Notes under the pieces: generated by a model | Database searches by the model: none | Told to the model about the DNA's origin: nothing | The model's input: the letters and a program-made list of their open reading frames with translations, nothing else | Assembly (NCBI GenBank): GCA_030390025.1 | Contig: CM059433.1 | Coordinates: 5,642,001 to 5,706,000 of the forward strand | DNA from: Squalus acanthias | Lineage: Eukaryota | Reading direction: 5' to 3' | Length of the DNA: 64,000 nt | In this document: positions 36,905-48,524 of the stretch, in pieces | How positions within the stretch are numbered: position 1 is the stretch's first letter | How the letters are laid out: each line of letters begins with the position of its first letter | Made by a program: the position numbers and the translations under genes

Positions 36905-39900
36905 GGCAGGATTGGGTATTAAATATTCCTGGTTATAAGGTGTTCAGGAAAGATAGGGAAGGAAAGACAGGAGGTGGTGTGGCAATATTGGTTAAGGAGA
37001 ATGTTAGTGCTGGAGAGGGAGGATGTCCTGGAGGGGTCAAGGACAGAATCTATATGGCTAGAGTTAAGAAATAATAGAGACGCCATTAAACTACTAGGTG
37101 TATTCTATAGACCACCAAACAGTGGGAAAGATATGGAGGAGCAAATTTGCAGAGAAATTACAGAGAGGTGCAAGAACTATAGAGTAGCATTAATGGGGGA
37201 TTTCAACTATCCTAATATAGACTGGGATTGTAATAGTGTAAAGGGCAGAGAAGGGGGAGAATTTCTGAAGTTTGTTCAGGAGAACTTTCTTGATCAGTAT
37301 GCTTCCTGCCTGATGAGGGAGGAGGCATTGCTGAATCTGGTTCTGGGGAATGAGGTAGGTCAAGTGGAGCAAGTGTCAGTAGGTGTACATTTAGGGAACA
37401 GTGATCATAGTATCATAAGGTTTAGATTAGCTATGGAAAAGGACATGGAGCAATCTAGAGTAAAAGGGGGAGAAATTCAGTATCGCCCCATTTGGGGCGC
37501 AATTATCGGCCGGGCGCAAAGATTAGCGCCTGGCTCTAATTATCGCCACCGACTGCAAACTTGACTTTTATCGCCCCTGGAGGTGATTGGAGCGCTAAAT
37601 CAGGCGCTTCACACCTGTCTTAAGGCGCAAAGGCCGAGGAGCGAGGCGCTACCTCAGAGCGCTGGCGAAGCTCATGTGATGTCAGTCAGCAATGGAACAC
37701 ACACAATGGCACGGGCCAGTTCTTAAAGGGGATGGTTAATCTTGCTTTCCATCCACATCCTGCTCATTGCAGCCTTGAATCTCGGCCTGGAGAGACCTGC
37801 ACATCAAATCTGCTGGAAAGAACAATGGAGAGTACCAGGCAAAGAGCTCAGAGTGCAGCCCCCACAATCTCTTCTAAATCGATACAAGGAATGGCAAATC
37901 AAAATGAACCTGCAAAGTGCTGCTCAGTACCCAAAACTCCTTCACACAACGTTGAATCTCTCCAGAAGTCTCTCTCTCTCTCTCTCAGAATGCATAGTTC
38001 AAAAATGGCACCAACAATAAAAGGCAGGAAGCGGTCACCTTTAAATAGCGCTCCCCCAGTCCCCTCATGACTGCAAAACGCTCCCCTCAACCTGTCGTTG
38101 CTAGCGTCAGGCGGTAAGGCAGGGGGTGCCACTCAATATCCGCTCCGGGGCGATATCGGGGCGTTGCGCACTCGACTGACGTCACGATCTGCCAGCGCAG
38201 GAGATCGTGGCAGTAGTGTTTAGCGCCGCCGCAAAATGTCTAGTTAATTTCGCGAGCGTCGCAAACTTCGCCGCGCCTGGGCGCTAGATGCTTTGCGCCC
38301 CATTAGCGCCCTCTTAAGGCGCTAACGGGAGGCGCAACCAACTGAATTTTTCCCCCAAAGTGTTTAATTGGGGGAAAGCCAATTTCAGTGGGATGAGAAC
38401 GGATCTGGCCCGGGTGAACTGGAATCAAAGATTGGCAGGCAAAACTGTAATGGAACAATGGGCTGCCTTTAAAGAGGAAATAGTTCAGGTACGTTCCCAC
38501 TCGGGGGAAAGTCAGGGCTCCCTGGATGACGAAACAGAGAGAGAATATGATGAAGCAGAAAAAGAGCGCGTATGACAGATGTCAGGTTGCAAATACATCT
38601 GAGAATCAGGCTATATTTAGAAAGGTCAGAGGAGAAGTGAAAAAGAAAATAAGAGGGGCAAAGAGAGGGTATGAGAATAGAATGGTAGCCAACATAAAAG
38701 GTAATCCAAAAGTCTTCTACAGGCATATAAATAGCAAACGGGTATTAAGAGGAGGGGTGGAGCCGATTAGGGACCAAAAAGGAAACCCATGCATGGAGGC
38801 AGAGGGTATGGCTGAGGTACTAAATGAGTATTTTGCATCTGTCTTCACCAAGGAAGAGGATGCTGCCATAGAGATGGTGAAGGAGGAGGTAGTGGAGATA
38901 CTTGATAGGATAAAAAGTGATAAAGAAGAGGTATTAGAAAGGCTGGCTGTACTTAAAGTAGATAAATCACCAGGAGTGGATGGGATGCATCCTAGGATGC
39001 TGAGGGAATTGAGGGCGGAAATCGCGGAGGTACTAGCCATAATATTCCAATCCTCCTTAGATACAGGGGTGGTGCCAGAGGACTGGAGAATGGCAAATGT
39101 TACACCATTGTTCAAAAAAGGGTCTAAAGATAAATCCAGCAACTACAGGCCAGTCAGTTTAACCTCGGTAGTGGGGAAGCTTTCAGAACAGTAATCAGGG
39201 ACAAAATTAAGTCACTTGGATAGGTGTGGATTAATTAAGGAAAGCCAGCACGGAACTGTTAAAGGTAAATCGTGTTTAACCAACTTGATCGAGTTTTTTG
39301 ATGAGGTAACAGAGAGGGTTGATGAGGGTAATGCGGTTGATGTAGTGTACGTGGATTTCCAATAGGCGTTCGACAAAGTGCCACATAACAGGCTTGCCAG
39401 CAAAGTTGAAGCCCATAGAATAAAAGGGACAGTGGCAGCATGGATACGGAATTGGCTAAGTGACAGGAAACAGAGAGTAGTGGCGAACAGTTGTTTTTCA
39501 GACTGGAAGAACATATACAGTGGTTTTCCCCAGGGGTCGGTTCTAGGACCACTGCTTTTCTTCATATATATTAATGACTCGGACGTGGGTGTATAGGGCA
39601 CAATTTCAAAATTTGCAGATGACACAAAACTTGGACGTATAGTGAAGAGTGAGGAGGAGAGTGGTAGACTTCAGGAAGACATAAACAGGCTGTTGAAATG
39701 GGCGGACACGTGGCAGATGAAATTTAACGCAGAAAGAATGAGGAGAGGACGTATAAACTAAAGGGTACAATCCTAAAGGGGATGTACGAACAGAGAGACC
39801 TGGGGGTATGTGTGCACAAATCGTTGAAGGTGGCAGGGCAGGTTGAGAAAGCAGTTAAAAAGGCTTACGGGATCCTGGGCTTCATAAATAGAGGTATAGA

Positions 39901-39970
39901 GTACAAAAGTGTGGAAATTATGATGAACCTGTATAAAACACTGGTTCGGCCCCAGCTGGAGTATTGTGTC
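36905..39970 (+). mobile_element. CR1 ORF2 (APE endonuclease plus RT), degraded and 3'-truncated, interrupted by a MITE
   Basis: GYKVFRKDR, YRPPNS, GDFN, SDH, KSPG.DG, NYRPVSL, FADDTK, LVRPQLEYCV. Confidence 0.93.
37466..38356 (+). mobile_element. Harbinger MITE copy A (~890 bp)
   Basis: TIRs GGGGGAGAAATTCAGT / ACTGAATTTTTCCCCC; TSD AAA; splits the CR1 reading frame. Confidence 0.92.
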
Positions 39971-40102
39971 AGGATGGAAATGATGGGCAACACCATTGGG
40001 ACACTTGTGGACCCAACCATGATGATGGGTGTGATGGGCGATCTCGTAGCTTCCATTGCAGTACAAGCGGAAGCGACCCAACGTCTCACTGCTGCAGTGG
40101 AA

Positions 40103-40408
40103 GCTCAGACTGCTCTCCTGCAGTCTCAGCTTGCTGCCACGCAAGCTCAGACTGCTCTCCTGCAGGCTCCGCTCGCTGCCACGCAAGCTCAGACTGCTCT
40201 CCTGCAGTCTCCGCTCGCTGCCACGCAAGCTCAGACTGCTCTCCTGCAGTCTCCCCTTGCTGCCACGCAAGCTCAGACTGCTCTCCTGCAGTCTCAGCTT
40301 GCTGCCACGCAAGCTCAGACTGCTCTCCTGCAGTCTCCGCTCGCTGCCACGCAAGCTCAGACTGCTCTCCTGCAGGCTCCGCTTGCTGCCACGCAAGCTC
40401 AGACTGCT
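40103..40408 (+). repeat. 42-bp in-frame tandem repeat x7 (AQTALLQSxLAATQ) in the Harbinger Myb protein coiled coil
   Basis: Unit gctcagactgctctcctgcagtctcagcttgctgccacgcaa; a single homologous unit is present at about 46110-46152. Confidence 0.93.
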
Positions 40409-40929
40409 GCCATCATGGCTGGGTTTACAAGTGTGGAAAGGGGCTTGCAGGGTCTCGCAGCAGTCCAGCTTATCTGTGCTCCAACAGATGGCATAGGAAT
40501 GCTGAGGCACCGCCCCAGTGGAGTGGCAGTGGCTCTGCGGAGCAAGAACCTGCTTTCTTCTCACAGGATGACAGCATTCCAACTCCCACCATTGCCAGTC
40601 CGCCGGTGCCCTTGCTGCTGCCTGTCAGCCAGCCAGCCCAGACTGCTGCAACCCATGCCGAGCTGGTGCAGTCTACAGCCGGGCCTTCTAGGTCCAGAGC
40701 TGCTTGTGGTTGTCCTGCAAGGCCATCTGCAGTCTCACCCACGGTAAGTCAGCAGCCTTCCACCAGCCATGCTGCAGTCATTGGGGTAGCACTGCATCGG
40801 AGCACTAGAGTAGGTAAAGGAACATGAAAGACAGACACTAAGGGAATGCACAGGGATCATTAGTTGACATTGTTGTGTAGTTTGGCATTGATAAATTTAT
40901 AAATTATGTTTAGAATGTTTGTTTTGTGG

Positions 40930-42600
40930 AGGCTCTCATTTCAGTACTTTGGGGGCGGGTGGCTTTTTGCTTTTACTCGTGCTTCTACAAGGTGCAAGTC
41001 CTGTGGCTTCAGCAGAGGTAGAGGCAGGCTGCTCACTTCCCCGCTGCGACTGCTTAGACCCTTTTGGCAAACGTGCTCTGTGTTTTGGAGCCTGTGAGGG
41101 CCCCGCGGAAGACTGCTCCTCCTGCGACTGTGCAGGAGCATACTCAGCCATCGCAATCCGAGGAGCCATCTGGGGCTCTGACTGAGGGGGAGGCAACGGG
41201 GGAGAAGTGTGAGCGCTTTGAGAGGAACCCCCCCCCCCACTTCCATGTCCCCTCTCACCATCATCCCTCTCATGGGCCACCCGCACTTCCCTGCTAGCAA
41301 GGAGCTGGAGAGCACCTTGCTGCACATCAGTGGGGCCATGAGGATCCAAATCTACGTTTAGATCCATCCTGGCGAGGAGGTCTATGAGCCTCTGCCATCT
41401 GCAGCTGAGCAGAGCTGGGAGCATCCTGCACCCTCCAGCGAGGAGTCTCCACCGCTGTCCCTGTCAACACCATCTGCTCTTGCTCACTTGTGAAGTGTGA
41501 GACACCAGGTGACAACACTACTCTATCTTGCATAGGACCCACCGAGGTGTGCATATCTGCGCAGGTGTTGGGTGCGCTTGGGTCTGTTGGCGGTTGACGG
41601 TCCGCCCTGCTGTATGCCTCAGAGACATGGACCATGTACAGCAGGCACCTCAAAGCACTGGAGAGGTACCACCAACGCTGCCTCCACAAGATCCTGCAAA
41701 TCCATTGGCAGGATAGGCGCACCAACGTCAGTGTTCTCGCTCAGGCCAACATCCCCAGCATCGAAGCTTTGACCACTCTCGATCAGCTCCGATGGACGGG
41801 TCACATTGTCTGCATGCCCGATACGAGACTCCCAAAACAAGCGCTCTACTCGGAGCTCCGACACGGCAAGAGAGCCCCAGGTGGGCAGAGGAAATGCTTC
41901 AAGGACACCCTCAAAGCCTCCTTGAAAAAGTGCAACATCCCCACCGACACCTGGGAATCCCTGGCCCAAGACCGCTCAAAGTGGAGGAGAAGCATCCGGG
42001 AAGGCGCCGAACACCTCGAGTCTCTTCGCCAGGAGCAAGTGGAAGCCAAGCGCAAGGAGCGCACGTCAACCCAAGCACCCCACCCACCCACCCCTTCGAC
42101 CACCGTCTGCCCCACCTGTGACAGAGACTGTAGGTCCCGCATTGGACTCATCAGTCACCTGAGAACTCATTTTTAGTGTGGAAGCAAGTCATCCTCAGTT
42201 CCGAGGGACTGCCTAAGAAGAGCCTGGAGGCTCCTCTGAGGAGTTGTCTTCCACCTCCAGCTGGACGGCGGGGGGGGGGGGCTCTTGATGGACCTGCGGG
42301 TGAGTAAAGAGATTATTTAGAAATGTTATATTAAGAATGGGTAACGATACCATTATGCACATAATGAACATTTACTGGCTGCTGACATCAGTCACCATAT
42401 GAGTGAATGCTGTGTGCCATGTGGCTGTATGAGATGTAATTCTGTCACCAGGTTGCTGAGAGGTCCCCCTCTCTCCGTCTCCCACCGCCAGCAGCTCTGC
42501 AACTCTCGACACCTCCAGGGCCACCTCCTCTGCTGCAATAAAAGTACTGAAGGATGGAGGGCCACTCTCCCTGTTGTTGTGGGATATCTTCTGCAAAGAG
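40930..42600 (-). pseudogene. Second Harbinger Myb-gene remnant (exons 2-3), related to the 7982-9915 copy and interrupted by RTE
   Basis: Shared motifs VGP..DRVVLSPGVS..TSE..QMV.TGTAVE.PR and SEQPASTSAEATG.AP.RS. Confidence 0.8.
41603..42220 (+). mobile_element. RTE-clade LINE 3' fragment
   Basis: LLYASETWT.Y.RHLKALERYHQRCL..IL.I.WQD...QLRW.GH...RLPKQALY.EL...CPTCDRDCRSRIGL.SH; short aag tail. Confidence 0.92.
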
Positions 42601-42884
42601 GGAAAGAAGAGAAGTTTGACTGAGAGTGATGGAATGAGTGTAAGGAATGTGTGGGTAATATCTGTAGAGGGTGACTATGAGGGAGTGTGGTGCCAATGCC
42701 AAATGGCCTCTTTCTGTGGTGTTACTTGGTATGATTACATTAGGATGAGGGTGAGTGTGAGGGGTGGTTAGTCAGATAGGGATGTGGGTATGTACATAGA
42801 GAGAGGGATGGGTGGACGTGCAAGGTATGTTGGTATGAGCAGGAGTAGGCTTGGGAAGGCAGGGTGATGGGGATGTGGTGACAG

Positions 42885-42992
42885 GCACAGCACTGCACTG
42901 AAGTGTCAGTCTAGATTTTGTGCTCAAGTCTCTGGAGTGGACAAACTTTTGACCCAGAGGCGAGAGTGCTACCACTGAGCCACAGCTGACAC
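42885..42992 (-). mobile_element. tRNA-derived SINE 5' fragment
   Basis: Minus strand gtcagctgtggctcagtggtagcactctcgcctctg (A box), followed by ccagagacttgagcacaaaatctagactgacact. Confidence 0.7.
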
Positions 42993-43176
42993 CTACATTA
43001 GCATTTCTATTCAATTCTGTTAAAATAAAACAGAATTGGAGAGATTAACACCCACCCCATCTTCTAAAATCGGAAAACTCGCCCTGGTATTCTTGGGAAA
43101 CAAATGTTGTCACTTTTGCTTCTAACATTTTAGAAAAAGGGCAAAACTCTAACAGAACCACCTCGTCACTTTTGTG

Positions 43177-43340
43177 AAATAACAACAGAAAACGCTGGAA
43201 AAACTCAGCAGGCCAGGTTAAACCGCCACAGCCTCCACATTCAATGGATCATCCTCCGCCACCTGGCCTGCTGAGTGTTTCCAGCGTTTTCTGTTGTTAT
43301 TTCAGATTTCCAGCATCCACAGTATTTTGCTATCGTATTA
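43177..43340. mobile_element. Penelope-pLTR-derived hairpin mini-insertion with 12-bp TSD
   Basis: 43-bp inverted arms (43176-43218 and 43261-43303, 1 mismatch); GTCACTTTTGTG on both flanks (43165-43176 and 43341-43352). Confidence 0.85.
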
Positions 43341-43497
43341 GTCACTTTTGTGGTTTGGTCCTGTCCGATAGCCAGTGCTGGTGTTTCACTCGGGATGCCT
43401 GGACTCCTCCATATGCTATTTTATTTAGTGAAGTGAATGTTTAGGGATCTTGGGTACAGAGGATGCCAACCTATTGTGAAACTTTAAACAGGAGTAC

Positions 43498-43671
43498 CTG
43501 TACAGTCAGCATTCTCCCCGGTCCACCGTCCGCTGGGCTGACATACTCTGGTACTGGAGCCAATGAGCTGATAGCCAGGCTGACAGATGAAGTGCACTTC
43601 GTGATCTGTGCTGTACCTGGAGCCAAACTTCTTGCCATGCTTGGGAGCCTCCAGTGAAGGGCACGATGTCA
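43498..43671 (-). CDS. FBLN7: Fibulin-7-like gene, Sushi/CCP domain exon (probably exon 3)
   Basis: Minus strand reads TTTGTGTTTCATTTTAG|TGACATCG...TGTACAG|GTACTC, 174 bp, phase 1-1 and in frame with the upstream exon. It translates (V)TSCPSLEAPKHGKKFGSRYSTDHEVHFICQPGYQLIGSSTRVCQPSGRWTGENADCT, with four Sushi cysteines and the conserved W. Confidence 0.93.
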
Positions 43672-45017
43672 CTAAAATGAAACACAAAGGGGGACAAATT
43701 CAGTAATGACCATTTTGGGGCGCTAATATCGCCTGGGCGGTAACTTTAGTGCCCAGTGCTAATTAGCGCCGACGACCGTGAAATTGAGTTTTAGCGCCCC
43801 AAGAGGGAAGTGGAGCGCTAAATCAAGCGCTACACACTTCTCTTAGGGCGCTAACGTCGGAGAGCGGGGCGCTACCTTCAGAGTGCTAATCAAGTTCCAG
43901 CGCTGTCAATTAGAAAGTCGTCAGACAGACTGGCGCCTTCCAATTCCTAAAGGGGAGGTTTAATCATGCTGCACAGCCTTACTCTGATCATTGCTGCTTG
44001 TGAACTGGGCCTGCGAGGAGCTGCAAGCCTTCACTCAAAGAAGTCATGGCTGATCAGAGGTCAGGGTGAGTACATGCTTCAAAAACCTGTACATGCCACC
44101 TTCTCAACCTCACTCTGTGCACACACTGCATAAACCGCCACATCCCCAACACTCATCCACCAACTATGCCCACCTACTAAAAGTCACATCCACATCTGAC
44201 GAGTTGCATATATTAACAGCTATTCAACTATGGTAGGCACATCTGCCAAACATATAGCTGCTCACTCACTCACACGCTTTCCTTTTTCTTGGAGGCCAAG
44301 CTTGCTCACAACAGGAGGGAGCAGCTACGAATGGGAGGAGGTGAGGCAGACCTGCACCCCCTTACACACCTGGAGGAGTGAGTGGTGCGCATCATTGGGG
44401 GCCAGGTCATGGGTGCTGTGGCCGTCGGAGATGTCGACCCCCTTGGAGACAACAACAGTATGTTCATCACTTCTCCCTCTTCTCTCATACCACTTCCCCC
44501 TCACATCATAAGCCTTTCCCTCTTTCCATCTAAGTATACTGTCTCCATTCCTTGCTCCCTTCCTGCCCCCCTCCCCTGACCTTAAACCCACTCTTGTGCC
44601 TTTATGCTTTCAGATAATCAGCCACCATCTGACCAACCTGTCCCCCAGCCTCCCAGTGGCAGCGACGCGGGAGAGGAGGAGGAAGAACAAGCCAGAGCCT
44701 CACTGCCTGTGTCTCCCGAAGGCGCTAGGTCCGATAATGTGGCGACGCGGTCGCTGGAGGGGAGCCTAGTAGATGGGTCTGATGTGGGTGAAGCTCCGGG
44801 ACCAGCGGGCTGCAGGAACGCCAGGGGGAAAGTGAAGCTTGGGGGCCATCTCCCCGGAGGGAGAGTTCGTGTGTGAGTTCTGCTGCACAGGACTCAGATG
44901 AGGATGTTGATGTGGAAGCGTTGACCAGACGGGCGATGGGCATGCACACCGAGCTCATGGGTACAATGGCAAGGGTGCCCGAGAGCATGGATGCACTGGC
45001 AAGGAGCGTGGAGGAGT

Positions 45018-45902
45018 CATAAGAACATAAGAAATAGGAGCAGGAGTAGGCCAATTGGCCCTTCGAGCCTGCTCCGCCATTTAATAAGATCATGGCTGAT
45101 CTGATACTCACCTCAAATCTAAAGAACACAAGAAGTAGGAGCAGGACCTGGCCACTCAGCCCCTGGGCCCGCTACGCCACCCACAGGGCCTCGACCGATC
45201 CGAACTCAGCCTCATGTCCAATTTCCTGCCCGCTCCCCGTAACCCCTAATTCCCTTTACTTCTAGGAAACTGTCTATTTCTGTTTTAAATTTATTTAATG
45301 ATGTAGCTTCCACAGCTTCCTGGGGCAGCAAATTCCACAGACCTACTACCCTCTGAGTGAAGAAGTTTCTCCTCATCTCAGTTTTGAAAGGGCAGCCCCT
45401 TATTCTAAGATTATGCCCCCTAGTTCTAGTTTCACCCATCCTTGGGAGCATCCTTACCGCATCCACCCGATCAAGCCCCTTCACAATCTTATATGTTTCA
45501 ATAAGATCGCCTCTCACTCTTCTGAACTCCAATGAGTAGAGTCCCAATCTACTCAACCTCTCCTCATATGTCCACCCCCTCATCCCGGGGATTAACCGAG
45601 TGAACCTTCTTTGTATGCCTCGAGAACAAGTATGTCTTTTCTTAAGTATGGACACCAAAACTGTATGCAGTATTCCAGATGCAGTCTCACCAATACCTTA
45701 TATAACTGCAGCAATACCTCCCTGTTTTTATAATCTATCCCCCTAGCAATAAAAGCCAACATTCCGTTGGCCTTCTTGATCACCTGCTGCACCTGCATAC
45801 TAACTTTTTGATTTTCTTGCACTAGGACCCCCAGATCCCTTTGTACTGCAGTACTTTCCAGTTTCTCGCCATTAAGATAGTAACTTGCTCTCTGATTTTT
45901 CC
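45018..45902 (-). mobile_element. CR1 3' fragment (same subfamily as 25117-27760) inserted in the Harbinger Myb exon
   Basis: YLNGEKLESTAVQRDLGV...GYGERAGNWT; doubled 3' UTR motif; (TTCTTATG)n tail. Confidence 0.95.
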
Positions 45903-47087
45903 TCCATCTCCAACATTGCACTCAGCTCTGCTCACACCATTGAACCCATCCTTGGCAGTTTGCTAAGGATGGTCGACTCGCAAAGAGACTGTGGGGACCC
46001 AGTCCTTATGCCGCGTGTCATGGGTAAGGTGGCAGCAGCTATTGCAGCACATGCCGAAGCAACGCAACGGCTTAGTGCTGTAATGGAGTCAGTGGTTGGT
46101 GGCATCCAATCTCAGATTGCTCTCATGCAGTCTCAGATTGATGCCACGCAAGTGCTGACTGCTGCCATCATTGCACACAGTCCACCGGGGATCTCACGGT
46201 GCTGCAGCAGGCCAGCAATCTGTGCTCGAGCAGATTGCTCCGGATGCTGAGGTTCTGCCCCGGGGGAGTGGCAGTGTGTCGGTCGAGCAGGAAGGTGCTG
46301 TCCTCTCTCAGGATGACAGCATTCCTGCTCCCACCGCTGCCACTCCGCCATTGCACTTGTCGCAGCCTGTAACCCAGCCATCCCAGACTGCTGCCGCCCA
46401 TGCTGAGATGGTGCAGTCTGCAGCCGGGCCCTCCAGGTCCAGAGCTGGTCGAGGGCGTCCTGAAAGGCCATCTGCAGTCTCTGGCTCCCAGACTCAGCAG
46501 CCTTCCACCAGCCTTGCTGCAGCCACTGGGGCCACATTATGGAGCAGCAGTAGGATTGGGAGGGGGGTAACTCAAAAGGGGAGGGAAATCATTGAAGAAG
46601 GGGGAGTAAAGAATACTTTAGTAGCAAATCGGGGTAGTGTGTGTTAATAAATTGATGTGTTTGTAAATATATTATTAAGTTTATGAACAAATAGTTATGC
46701 TTGTAAATAGATATTTGTGTTTGGTAACAAATAGTTCAGTTAGATAAGAAAGAGTTGTGTTTGTTTATGAATAGCTGTGTTTCATAAGAGACAGTTGTGT
46801 TCGATAATAAATTGTTAATTTGACGTTGCACATTTTGTGATGTTTCTCATTTGACCTTTGCCCGGTGATAGGGGCTGCGAGTTGGATGTAATGATGTGGT
46901 TGTGCTGCGCAAATGCCATGTGTTATATCATTTATTGGAAGCGCTGTGTAATGAGGCATTCACGCACAACCCTTGCAGAAGCAAGATTGAGCGCCTCCCT
47001 CCTCCGTTGCTGCTGCTCCTCCTCCTCTTCATCCCCATCATCCGCCTCCTCCTGCTCCTCTCCCTCTTCCTCCTCCTGAGGTGGACC

Positions 47088-48112
47088 TCAAATACCTGGT
47101 GGCAATGGCTGGGCCCTCAGAATGGCCAGGTTGTGCATCATGCAGCACATAACGATGAAAAGGGAGACTCGAGCAGGGGAGTGCTGCAGGGCTCCTCCAG
47201 AGCGGTCAAGGCAGCGGAACCATTGCTTTAGCACCCCGATAGTCTGTTCGATCAGGTTCCTGGTGGCAGTATGGCTGTCATTGTCTGCGTGCTGAGCAGG
47301 AGTGTTGGGGTTGAAGAGGGGTATCATCAGCCAGGTGGCGAGTGGATAACCCTTGTCTCCGAGCAGCCAGCCACGAGCTTCATGTGGTGGGTGGAACAGT
47401 GCTGGGACACCAGTCTGTCGCAGGATGAATGCATCGTGGCTGCTGCCAGGATAGTGGGCATTGATGGCAAAGATGAGCTGTCTGTGGTCGCACACCAACT
47501 GAACGTTCAGAGAGTGGTAGACTTTGTGGTTACGGAACACATCTGCATTGTGATGAGGTGCCCGCAATGCCACGTAGGTGCAGTCAATGGCGCCCTGAAC
47601 CATGGGGAAGCCCGCTGTCCTTGCAAAGCCACATGCGCGTTCATCCTGCTTCTCTCTGGTGATGGGGAATGAGATGTACTCCCTTCTCCTTCTGTAGAGA
47701 GCATCTGTTACCTCCCGGATGCAGCAATGGACGGCGAACTGCAAAATCTTTGCAATATCCCCAGTTGAAGCCTGGAAGGAGCCGCTGGCGTAGAAATTGA
47801 GAGCGACTGTGACCTTAACTGCCACTGAGAGAGACGTCCTGGTCCTGAGATGAGGCTGGAGGTCTGGCTGCAGGAGGTGGCAGAGCTCTGTGACCACCTC
47901 CTTGCTGAAGCGGAACCTGCTAAGGCACTGCTCCTCTGAGAGATGAATGTGGGAGAAGTGCTCCCGGAAAACCCTGGGAGGGTAAGGCCTCCTGTTGCGA
48001 GGTCTGTCAGCCCTCCTCCTACCTCTGGCCACATTTGGCAATCTCTGTCTCTGCATCCACTGCCTCCGACGTAGTTGCCGGGGGGAAGGTGAAGCGCCAG
48101 TACAGCCCCCAT
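47088..48112 (-). pseudogene. HARBI1-like Harbinger DDE transposase, nearly intact
   Basis: LSEEQCLSRFRF, KVTVALNFYASGSFQ, GAIDCT, SLNVQLVCD, YPGSSHDAFIL, LLGDKGY, IEQTIGVLK, CCMMHN. The likely ATG at 48112 is out of frame with the body, and a TGA precedes the acidic tail. Confidence 0.93.
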
Positions 48113-48524
48113 AAATGAGAGAAAAGAGGACGTAGAAATGTTCAGAGCAATACAAGCGCAGAATCTGTTGGAGCAGCAACAAAGCAAAAATGGACAAAAT
48201 GTGAACGCAGCCAAAATGCTATCTGACAAGCCAGCAATGAATCTGACCTCCCAATGAACCGGTAAGTGATCCTTTTAAATAGCACCCCAGGAGCGGAAAT
48301 CCCAGGTAGCAACGCCTGCTATTTCTGTCGTTCTCAGCGCCAGGCGGTAAGTCAGGGGAAGCGACTGAATTTCGCATCCGGGGCGCTAACGGGGCGTTGC
48401 ACACTCATTGACGTCACGGTCAGAGCGGCGCTCGAGGGCCAGGCGCTAAGTGTTAGCGCCGGCGCTAAATGCCGACTGAATTTCGCGGGCGGCGTTGGTC
48501 ATGATCCACATATGAGCCTAGACC

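Larger units (their letters stand above)
35441..40827 (+). mobile_element. Harbinger remnant with Myb/SANT gene (exon 1 ~36080-36319, exon 2 ~36605-36725, last exon ~39970-40827), disrupted by LINEs
   Basis: ARRFSDAALEALV...RRLWEEIAQAVS...RTWIQCRKKFNDF followed by gtgagt; C-terminal SQDDSIP...QQPSTSHAA. Confidence 0.82.
43689..48493. mobile_element. Near-complete two-gene PIF/Harbinger transposon (Myb remnant on +, transposase on -); right end truncated
   Basis: Left TIR GGGGGACAAATTCAGT. The subterminal GCGC-rich sequence is related to MITEs A and B. The genes are convergent. Confidence 0.9.

Noticed and set aside
37732..38070. ORFs shared between 37.7-38.1 kb and 53.5-53.9 kb as a conserved gene
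   Set aside because: Similarity is due to two copies of the same MITE; no ATG or frame conservation.
47088..48197. Host HARBI1 gene
   Set aside because: Embedded in a TIR-bearing element with a Myb partner, start is frameshifted, and several decayed relatives lie nearby.
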